Positions 17,391 through 24,000 of a DNA stretch of 24,000 nucleotides are shown one piece after another. The position numbers and the translations under genes are program-made. Each line of letters starts with the position of its first letter. Positions within the stretch are counted from its first letter, which is position 1. This DNA is from Methanothrix sp. (GTDB lineage Archaea > Halobacteriota > Methanosarcinia > Methanotrichales > Methanotrichaceae): the NCBI GenBank assembly GCA_026419855.1, contig JAOAKP010000005.1:17016-41015 (forward strand), given 5' to 3'. The notes below the pieces were generated by a model that was not told the DNA's origin, did not search any database, and saw nothing but the letters and a program-made list of their open reading frames with translations.

Positions 17391-18207
17391 TGTCGTGGAG
17401 GCGACCGAAGCTGTTGTATGCAAAGCGCAGGTCTCCCTGCCCAGGTGGGTCGTTCGCTCAATAGAAGGTGCCCTTTGCAGGGAGAGAGATGAAATAGCGA
17501 GGTACCATCTTCAGACCATACTGGACAACATAAGAATAGCGGAATCTGATGCACGCCCGATGTGCCAGGACACAGGCCTTCCCGTCTTTCACGTGGAGAT
17601 CGGCGAGAGGTGCTTGCTGGATTTTGATCTGCGGGAGGCGATCGCTGAGGGGGTGAGGAGAGCAACAAGAAAGGGCATGCTGAGACCGAATGTTGTGGAT
17701 CCTCTGAGCAGATCGAACACAGGAGACAACACCGGCCCAGGCATGCCGTATCTCATTGTGGATCATGTGGCTGGGGATTTGCTCAGGATAACCGCGTTCC
17801 CAAAGGGGGCTGGCTCTGAGAACATGAGCTTTTTGGGAATGCTGAACCCAGCGGACGATCCGTTTGAATACATCCTGGAGAGCCTCGCGGATAGGGTGTC
17901 GAATGCATGTCCACCGGTGTTTGTCGGAGTGGGGATCGGCGGGACGTTCGATCAGGCAGCAGCTCTCGCGAAACGCGCTGTCATGTGTCCTCCAGGAGAA
18001 CGCGAGGAGGAGCTGCTGCTTCTAGAGAGGATCAACGATCTCGGGATAGGCCCTATGGGCCTTGGTGGGGACACCACAGCTCTGGGCGTCAAAATAGAAA
18101 AGGCGTTCTGCCACACAGCGTCACTGCCTGTGGCTGTCAATCTTCAGTGCTGGGCGAACAGAAGGGCCAGTGTAACAGTGACGGAGGAAGGATGGAGCAT
18201 AGAGTGA
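17368..18207 (+). CDS. fumA: Class I (Fe-S) fumarate hydratase, alpha subunit (or related tartrate/mesaconate hydro-lyase)
   Basis: PMCQDTGLPVFHVEIG and the ~280-aa length match archaeal FumA / TtdA-type alpha subunits. There is no ATG; candidate starts are GTG 17368, TTG 17374/17377 and GTG 17395. It overlaps the DUF166 gene's 3' end. Confidence 0.9.
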   Translation: MALLRCLDVVEATEAVVCKAQVSLPRWVVRSIEGALCRERDEIARYHLQTILDNIRIAESDARPMCQDTGLPVFHVEIGERCLLDFDLREAIAEGVRRATRKGMLRPNVVDPLSRSNTGDNTGPGMPYLIVDHVAGDLLRITAFPKGAGSENMSFLGMLNPADDPFEYILESLADRVSNACPPVFVGVGIGGTFDQAAALAKRAVMCPPGEREEELLLLERINDLGIGPMGLGGDTTALGVKIEKAFCHTASLPVAVNLQCWANRRASVTVTEEGWSIE

Positions 18208-18722
18208 GATCACCACTCTCGGAGAGGGATGTATCAAAACTCTCGGCAGGAGACATCGTGTGGCTCAGCGGTACCGTCTATACAGCGAGAGATAAGGCCC
18301 ACCAGAGGCTAAGGGAAGTGAAACTCGATCTTAGGGGCGGGGTGATATATCACTGCGGACCGCTAATAAGAGACACGACTGTTGTATCCGCAGGTCCGAC
18401 GAGCAGCGTGCGGCTGGCGCGCTACCTTCCAGAGGTTCTGGATCTGGGGGTGAGATGCATCATCGGGAAGGGCGGGATGCCCGGAGCTGCGGAGCTCATG
18501 AGAGGGAGAGCTGTCTACCTCGCCTACCCTGGAGGATGCGGGGCTGCAGCCGCGAGATCCCTGAGCGTCCGCGGTGTCTGTCTACCAGAGCTGGGAATGG
18601 CGGAGGCTGTCTGGGAGCTCGAGGCCACAGACCTCGGCCCAATGGTCGTGGCGATAGACTCCCACGGAAGGGATCTATACAGAGAGGTGAGAGAATCTGC
18701 AAAGAGGCAACTGAAACGCTGA
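18192..18722 (+). CDS. fumB: Class I fumarate hydratase, beta subunit
   Basis: Internal ATG 18192 of the track ORF 17907..18722 is preceded by GGAGGAAGG. LSAGDIVWLSGTVYTARDKAHQRL and the 176-aa length match FumB/TtdB. It overlaps the fumA stop by 16 nt. Confidence 0.9.
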   Translation: MEHRVRSPLSERDVSKLSAGDIVWLSGTVYTARDKAHQRLREVKLDLRGGVIYHCGPLIRDTTVVSAGPTSSVRLARYLPEVLDLGVRCIIGKGGMPGAAELMRGRAVYLAYPGGCGAAAARSLSVRGVCLPELGMAEAVWELEATDLGPMVVAIDSHGRDLYREVRESAKRQLKR

Positions 18723-18733
18723 GAGCTGCTGCG

Positions 18734-19351
18734 GTGGATCTGAGGTACCTCCTGAACAGAGGCTACCCGCCAGGCCCTGCGGTGAGGTTCGTGGCTGATC
18801 GCTATTATATCGATAAGGATTACAGAAACATCCTCTCCAGGGCTGTGCTCTCAGATGATGTTGCACACACAAGGAGGCAGAAGGCGATCGGCCTTGAGGA
18901 TCTCAGGGGGAGATCGCTGCATATCGATGGGTACAATGTGCTGATCACCATCGAGAGCGTCATCACCGGCGAGGATATCTTCCTCTGCGACGACGGCTTC
19001 ATAAGAGACATGCGCTGTCTCTTCAGAAAATACAGGAGATCCGAGGCCACGGATGAGGCGGTTCAGCTGATGATCGATGTGATATCAAGATCAGGACCGT
19101 CCGAGATCCTTCTGCTCCTGGACAAGCAGATAAGCAGGTCTGGCGAGCTGGCCTCTGATATATGCGAGGCGTTCTCAGCCGCGGGAATCCCCGGTATCGC
19201 AAGAACCGCCAGAGATGTGGACAGGGCTCTTAAGAATTCCTCCGCGGTTGTGGCAACAAGCGATGGTATAATAATAGATCACGTCTCAAGCGCCCTGGAT
19301 GTCCCGGCACTGATAGCAAGAAGGATGATGGTGGAGCCGATCAGGATATGA
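18734..19351 (+). CDS. DUF434-domain protein with C-terminal YacP/NYN-like predicted RNase domain (COG2454-type)
   Basis: DLRYLLNRGYPPGPAVRFVADRY is the DUF434 signature. LHIDGYNVLITIES resembles the LxxDGYN motif at the start of YacP/Rae1-type NYN domains. There is no in-frame ATG after the fumB stop. GTG 18734 is the only canonical start, so the 5' end is uncertain. Confidence 0.7.
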   Translation: MDLRYLLNRGYPPGPAVRFVADRYYIDKDYRNILSRAVLSDDVAHTRRQKAIGLEDLRGRSLHIDGYNVLITIESVITGEDIFLCDDGFIRDMRCLFRKYRRSEATDEAVQLMIDVISRSGPSEILLLLDKQISRSGELASDICEAFSAAGIPGIARTARDVDRALKNSSAVVATSDGIIIDHVSSALDVPALIARRMMVEPIRI

Positions 19352-19598
19352 GGGCTCCAGATGTTCACACTCGATCTGGTGATTTCCGGGTAGTTTCATC
19401 GTTACGCATGTTCTCGCAGATCCTCATCCGGCCAAAAGATCCCGCTGAAGGTTGCTGCTGGCGCTGGGAGCCCCGAATGAAATAGCTCAGGAATTCGCAC
19501 TGATTGCCCCGTCAGCCACTCCCGGCCTGAAGACCGGAGTTTCCTCTGCAACTGTCCTGGGAGTATCCGTGCTGCACGTACACGGGCAGCCACCCTTC

Positions 19599-21674
19599 TC
19601 ATCCGTGCTCTTTCCTGTACATCCACATAGCTCCGAGGACCTCTGCAGCCTGCTCCGGCGTGGAATAAACCGGTATGCCAGCGCGCTCCATTTTTATTGT
19701 GTCGTCGATCACGAACTCCTTGGATGCAACGACCGCCAGTATGGGCCTTCCTCTGTAGTCGATGGATCTGAGCGTATCGATGTATGCCCCAAGCATCTCT
19801 GTCTGTATGACCACTATAAAGCTGCCAACGTCCTCGCTCCTGACAGCGATCTCTATTGTCCTCCTGACCTGCTCAGGTGTCTGGTCGAATGTGAAATCAA
19901 CGGGATTCATGCCAGAGACGTATTTCGGCAGCACCCTGCGCAGCTCGTCCTTGAGCTCGGGGGAGAGCTCAGCAAGCCGCATTCCGTTCATGGATATTGC
20001 ATCTGCAGCCGCAACGCCCAGCGAGCCGGCGTAGGAGATCACGAAGACTCCGTCGTTCACGGGCAGGGGCTGCTTCGAGAAGGCCCTGGCGAGAGCGAAC
20101 ATGTGATCGTTGTCTCGTGCCCGAATGAGACCGGCCTGCCGGAAGACTGCGCTGTAGATCTGGTCGTTTCCCGCAAGCGATGCTGTGTGCGAGGAGACTG
20201 CCTTCTTTCCAGCCTCGGTCCTGCCGGTCTTCAGGACCACAACCGGCTTCCGCCTCGAGACCTCCCTGGCGACATCTATGAACCGCCTGCCTCCCTTGAC
20301 ATCCTCCAGGTACATGCAGACCACCTTTATGTTATCGTCCATCCCGATGGCCTCGAGCATGTCGGTCTCATTGAGGTCAAGCTTGTTCCCTATCGTCGCA
20401 ATGATTCCGAAGTCCAGAACCTTCCTCAGGCCCCAGAGGTAGCCTGCTGCATAGACTCCAGCCTGGGCTATGAGCCCTACGTTCCCACGGTTGAGCTCGT
20501 CGACAACCCCTATCGATTCAACCACTCCGCAGTTCGTATTTATGATGCCGGAGCAGTTTGGTCCGAGAAGCCTGCATCCATGCCTCCGCACTATGGACAG
20601 AATCTCCCTCTCAATCCTCTTGCCCTCATCGCCGAGCTCTGCGAATCCAGCGGACTCAACAACTATGTACTTCACGCCTGCTGCACAGCAGTCCTGCACA
20701 ACCTGCGGTGTCATGCCAGCAGGCACAAGCACTATCGCGACATCAACAGACTCCGGCACATCCTTTATGCTCGGATACGCCCTCACGCCCTGGACCTCGG
20801 ATGCGTTCGGATTGACGGGATAGAGCCTGCCTTTATAGCCATGGGTGAGCAGGTTGTAAAAGACGTTCCATCCAAGCTTTCCTCTTGTGTTCGATGCCCC
20901 GATCACAGCTATGCTCTGCGGATAAAACAAACCCCTCAGATCACCCGCACTCTGAGAACGAGTTGCATCTGCAGCTGATGCCGGGGATGAGCTATCAAGT
21001 ATGATCCTGGCATCAGCTATCGTGTATCCCCTGGGATAGACGAATACTGGGTTGAGATCCATCTCTTTTATGATCTGATGCTTCTCTACGAGAGCCGACA
21101 CCCTGAGGAGCATGCTCTTGATCGCATCGATATCCCCCGAGATGCCGCGGTATCCTCTGAGCAGCGGGTAGCCCCTGATCTCCCGGATCATCGACTCGGC
21201 GTCCTCCTCAGAGATGGGGATGGATCTGAAGCTCACGTCCCTGAACACCTCCACAAAAACTCCTCCGAGCCCGAACATGATCACCGGCCCAAATGTTGGA
21301 TCTCTAGTAACTCCAATGATGACCTCTATCCCCGGCCTGGCCATCCTCTGGACCGAGACGCCGATCAAGCCCCTCTCCCGGAAGATCTCCTCTATCTCGT
21401 GGTATGCAGATATCACAGCATCCGCGTCCTGGAGATTCAGCCTCACCCCGCCAGCATCTGATTTGTGTATCACATCTTTGGAGAGAACTTTGAGCACAAC
21501 AGGATAGCCGAGCTGGTTCGCGACTCTCACAGCCTCATCGGCACTAGATGCGAGATGGGCGCCGGTCGTCTCCAGCCCTGCGTCCATGAGAATGCGCTTG
21601 CTCTCGTGCTCCATCAGATATGTCCTTCCTTCCCCCAGCGCCTGTGCAGCAATTTCCTCGAAGTTACCGGTCAT
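19599..21674 (-). CDS. acd: Acetyl-CoA synthetase (ADP-forming) / NDP-forming acyl-CoA synthetase, single-chain beta-alpha fusion
   Basis: The N-terminal ATP-grasp (beta) domain carries VIHKSDAGGVRLNL. It is followed by the CoA-binding alpha part, IAVIGASNTRGKLG...VSSHTASLAGN (catalytic His loop). GGAGGTG lies 6 nt upstream of ATG 21674, so I prefer it to the track start 21707. Confidence 0.9.
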   Translation of the reverse strand: MTGNFEEIAAQALGEGRTYLMEHESKRILMDAGLETTGAHLASSADEAVRVANQLGYPVVLKVLSKDVIHKSDAGGVRLNLQDADAVISAYHEIEEIFRERGLIGVSVQRMARPGIEVIIGVTRDPTFGPVIMFGLGGVFVEVFRDVSFRSIPISEEDAESMIREIRGYPLLRGYRGISGDIDAIKSMLLRVSALVEKHQIIKEMDLNPVFVYPRGYTIADARIILDSSSPASAADATRSQSAGDLRGLFYPQSIAVIGASNTRGKLGWNVFYNLLTHGYKGRLYPVNPNASEVQGVRAYPSIKDVPESVDVAIVLVPAGMTPQVVQDCCAAGVKYIVVESAGFAELGDEGKRIEREILSIVRRHGCRLLGPNCSGIINTNCGVVESIGVVDELNRGNVGLIAQAGVYAAGYLWGLRKVLDFGIIATIGNKLDLNETDMLEAIGMDDNIKVVCMYLEDVKGGRRFIDVAREVSRRKPVVVLKTGRTEAGKKAVSSHTASLAGNDQIYSAVFRQAGLIRARDNDHMFALARAFSKQPLPVNDGVFVISYAGSLGVAAADAISMNGMRLAELSPELKDELRRVLPKYVSGMNPVDFTFDQTPEQVRRTIEIAVRSEDVGSFIVVIQTEMLGAYIDTLRSIDYRGRPILAVVASKEFVIDDTIKMERAGIPVYSTPEQAAEVLGAMWMYRKEHG

Positions 21675-22196
21675 GTTAAGCACCTCCGCCGTTGAGTGGA
21701 TGGTCACGTCCTGGTAGTGTTGAGCGATATGTCAACCATCTGGCGAGCATCTTTCAGGAAGAAATACATTTTGTGTCAAGCTGTGACAGACTGTGCAAAA
21801 GATCATGTTCAGATACACAGAGGATCAAAATCGATGACTGCGGCATGTTCCGAATGGTCCGCACAGATGAACTCACCGGTCCGGTTTGTGGAGGGAGCAG
21901 CTGTAATCGAGATCTCTGGATGAGGAATTCCATAAAGCCCCTGTAGATCGTGAAACTGCGCAACTGAAATTACAGCATGCGGTCCTGTAGAATTCCGGAG
22001 AGGTTGGGACATCTGAATCCCATTTCTGTATAAGATTTTGTGGATATAAATATGCTTCGGCATTTACAGATCACAAGTTGTGGGAGGTTTGGTATGCACT
22101 AGCAGACCGTCTGTTATGCAATCCGATCCAGAACTCACATGCAGCGCTCGTTATGCGGAGAGGGCTATAAGGCTGAAGATCGGAGTTGCGGTGTTA

Positions 22197-22499
22197 TCAA
22201 TCCACATGCGTTATGCAGGTCCAGTGATAGTAGCCGAACATCGGTGTGCCGGTAACCTCGTCGAACTCGTCGAGCTCACAGCCGCATATCTGGCATCTCT
22301 CCCCGTCAGGGACCTCAATCTCGGCGTCGTTCCAGATCACTATCACATCTGAAATGTGCGATCTGTGAGGATATATTGTTTGCTCCTCAAGCCGAATGGC
22401 ATCATGGTTGCCCGCGGTGCGGTGAGACAGACTGATCAGATAGCGCTCAGCTAAGATTCGCGTCCGTTGTGGTGGAGGTGTTGGTTGATACATCAGCAA
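22197..22499 (-). CDS. Hypothetical protein with C-terminal Cys/His cluster; 5' end doubtful
   Basis: The C-terminal half (IWNDAEIEVPDGERCQICGCELDEFDEVTGTPMFGYYHWTCITHVD) uses codons like the surrounding genes. The N-terminal 53 nt overlap the upstream ORF in another frame. An equally long antisense ORF (22080..22352 +) exists. Confidence 0.35.
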   Translation of the reverse strand: MLMYQPTPPPQRTRILAERYLISLSHRTAGNHDAIRLEEQTIYPHRSHISDVIVIWNDAEIEVPDGERCQICGCELDEFDEVTGTPMFGYYHWTCITHVD

Positions 22500-22740
22500 G
22501 GCCGGGTTTATTCCCGTTGGGAATTAGAGTGTATGTCGCATTGCCTGTAACAACAACCACACATCCATCCGCAGGGGTCGCGTCGAATCCATGGGTGACA
22601 AGAAGGAATGCAAGATCCAGAGATGTCATGAGAGGATCATCATATGAGCTCAGCAGTCCCATCAGCCCGGAGTCCATGCAAATCGCTGGGGTCAGCAATA
22701 ACAGCATTGCACAAACAGAGATACCAACATGTCCGTACAT
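22447..22740 (-). CDS. Small secreted hypothetical protein
   Basis: GGTGA lies 5 nt upstream of ATG 22740. The signal peptide is MYGHVGISVCAMLLLLTPAICMDSG. A TTAAATAC box (minus strand, 22776..22783) sits ~40 nt upstream. The S/T-rich tail is STNTSTTTD. Confidence 0.5.
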   Translation of the reverse strand: MYGHVGISVCAMLLLLTPAICMDSGLMGLLSSYDDPLMTSLDLAFLLVTHGFDATPADGCVVVVTGNATYTLIPNGNKPGLADVSTNTSTTTDANLS

Positions 22741-22943
22741 CTGTCTCACCGATCGATACTTTCGATTGGAACGTATTTAAGGGGCACAGAACATAAAATC
22801 AGTATCTCAGGACAATATCAATTGTACGTAATCGCAGTCGGCGCGAATCTGCAACGAGATGGCACTGTATATGCGATGAAGTAACATTAAAATGTAGAAT
22901 ATTATGCGTCCACCTGCGCTGCAGCTTGACCAGCCTGATTATA

Positions 22944-23053
22944 GTCCTTTGCGCCACTTCATATAAGACAATTTAAAATCTGCTGGACATTTCGCACTTC
23001 ATACATGATTTTATGTAATATTAAATATTATATCAACTTATGCGCAATACTAT
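22944..23053. repeat. Copy B of the 110-bp dispersed intergenic element (partner at 796..905)
   Basis: 97/110 identity, ungapped, same orientation as copy A. CACTTCATA lies at 22954..22962 and 22994..23002, and the palindrome TAATAT-N3-ATATTA at 23015..23029. Confidence 0.85.
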
Positions 23054-23178
23054 ACATTCGAACGGTGCGCGAGGAGGTTATTATAGAGCCGAGGTACCTG
23101 CTTCGATGGCCGCAGAAGCTGTGAAAGAAATGATGCAACAATGCTGTCAGACGTCCAAAAGCCCCTGGGGCGAGACAG

Positions 23179-23209
23179 AATAAAAAAGTTTGTAGGCCTT
23201 TGGCCTACA
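23179..23209 (-). terminator. mcr operon terminator (hairpin plus T6)
   Basis: The minus strand reads TGTAGGCC-AAA-GGCCTACA (23209..23191, overlapping the TAG stop), then AAC-TTTTTT-ATTC. Confidence 0.7.
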
Positions 23210-24000
23210 CAGCTGGCATGACGAGGGATCTCTCGCCGGCAGCGCGGAACTCGCGCGCACCGCCCTTGCCGAAGCAGAGCCTGATGTCGGTCCAGTCGAA
23301 GACCAGCGCGGGGTTGGCAAAGGCCACCTTGACCAGCGGGTTGCATGCGAAGGCGTCGCCGCGGCCTGCGTGGGCAGCGCTTGAGATGCCTGCATACTCG
23401 CCCTGGTGACCGACGTTCATCGCGTAGTTCGGATAGTTGGCACCCCTCAGCTCGAGTGGGTTGCCCTCGTCCGACTGGTACGAGAAGACGTTGGCCGGGC
23501 CGCACTGATCCTGCAGGTCGTAGCCGAAGAATCCCAGGCGTCCCCAGGCCTCCTTGTGCAGGAGCATGGAGAGATACCAGCCAGCAAGGCCTGCCTGGCT
23601 GTTTCCGGTCATTATAGCGCAGGTGATACCGGATGCAGCTGCAAGGACAGACGCCCTCTGGGATCCGCCGAAGTGATCCTCAAGCAGGGTCGGGAACGAC
23701 TCGTACTGCTCGATGCCGTAGAGGGTGACCTCTGTGGCCAGATCCTTGACGACCTCTAGGTTGGCCGGCGCCTTGGCAAATCCGCCGTACTTCTCTATGC
23801 CGTAATCGACGCCGTAGTAGGAGAAGTCATCCAGGACATCGTTGGTGTACGCTGCTGTGGCGTACTGTGTGAATCCGACGCCTCCGGACATGTAGCTGCC
23901 CAGCCAGATCTGATCGTAGAGCATTGTGCCTGCAGCGACCACGTTCAGGGACACAGCAGTCGGATCCCAGGGCTTCACCCTCGATGTCTGGACCATGTCA
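23205..24000 (-). CDS. mcrA: Methyl-coenzyme M reductase subunit alpha, C-terminal part (5' end beyond right window edge)
   Basis: [43 protein letters not shown] and [18 protein letters not shown] are hallmark McrA segments. The frame stays open to base 24000. Confidence 0.97.
   Translation of the reverse strand, partial: DMVQTSRVKPWDPTAVSLNVVAAGTMLYDQIWLGSYMSGGVGFTQYATAAYTNDVLDDFSYYGVDYGIEKYGGFAKAPANLEVVKDLATEVTLYGIEQYESFPTLLEDHFGGSQRASVLAAASGITCAIMTGNSQAGLAGWYLSMLLHKEAWGRLGFFGYDLQDQCGPANVFSYQSDEGNPLELRGANYPNYAMNVGHQGEYAGISSAAHAGRGDAFACNPLVKVAFANPALVFDWTDIRLCFGKGGAREFRAAGERSLVMPAV

Noticed and set aside
18680-18722. Programmed -1 frameshift fusing FumB to the DUF434 protein
   Set aside because: The DUF434 frame is -1 relative to fumB, but no X-XXY-YYZ slippery heptamer or downstream structure is evident. 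An independent, possibly non-canonical, initiation is simpler.
19452-20978. 508-aa plus-strand ORF
   Set aside because: It lies entirely antisense to the acetyl-CoA synthetase gene, whose product has unmistakable family motifs. The antisense translation is low-complexity (Leu/Arg/Pro/Cys-rich) with no motif or SD. It is a shadow ORF typical of genes with GC-rich third codon positions.
21917-22016. Possible C/D-box sRNA (TGGATGA ... CTGA ... CTGA)
   Set aside because: The C-box candidate deviates from RUGAUGA. The box spacing (about 40 nt to the first CTGA) is far from the about 12-nt guide spacing of archaeal C/D sRNAs, and there is no C' box.
22080-22352. 90-aa plus-strand ORF starting about 25 nt downstream of the A/T box at 22043..22055
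   Set aside because: It is codon-for-codon antisense to the minus-strand ORF 22197..22499, whose Cys/His-containing C-terminus looks more protein-like. Neither can be proven here, so it is not called.
796-23053. The two 110-bp direct repeats as att-like boundaries of a 22-kb integrated element
   Set aside because: The enclosed DNA is core housekeeping (pyrG, secDF, pth2, elp3, fumarase) with no integrase, tRNA target or compositional shift visible by eye. The repeats are 12% diverged and internally structured. A dispersed element is more likely than island borders.
1-24000. Search for tRNA, rRNA, CRISPR repeats and transposase/integrase genes
   Set aside because: I found no T-loop/acceptor-like patterns in the intergenic regions, no regularly spaced repeats and no recombinase-like ORFs. 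Absence is by visual inspection only and should be confirmed with tRNAscan-SE, Infernal or CRISPR finders.

Overview
Chromosomal segment of a methanogenic archaeon. Diagnostic content includes the C-terminal ~265 codons of methyl-coenzyme M reductase alpha (mcrA) at the right edge, archaeal Elp3, Pth2, Trm112, archaeal SecF/SecD, a two-subunit class I fumarase, CTP synthase and an ADP-forming acetyl-CoA synthetase. BRE/TATA-type promoters and apparently leaderless starts fit the same picture. Gene content, GC-rich third codon positions and frequent ATA/AGA/AGG codons are compatible with Methanosarcinales/Methanotrichales, possibly Methanothrix/Methanosaeta; this is inference only. I call 23 protein-coding genes, two of them cut by the window edges. 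I found no rRNA, tRNA, CRISPR array, transposase or integrase. Most of the window is ordinary housekeeping DNA, and I see no convincing defence or mobile system. Points worth a second look: (1) a structured 110-bp intergenic element present twice (796..905 and 22944..23053, 97/110 identical), the second copy just downstream of the mcr terminator, with its CACTTCAT + A/T-box motif recurring at 2357..2377; (2) two adjacent secreted proteins built from a W/Y-rich domain I cannot assign to a family; (3) a wHTH regulator / HAE3-type RND exporter / COG1361-like surface protein module; (4) an overlapping-gene operon DUF166-fumA-fumB-DUF434/NYN, preceded by an orphan radical SAM enzyme with a SPASM/twitch-like Cys cluster; (5) a nitroreductase-fold gene translationally coupled to elp3; (6) an ADP-forming acetyl-CoA synthetase fused in beta-alpha order; (7) several 250-490 bp stretches with no credible ORF. 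All homology calls are by-eye motif recognition. No database search was run.
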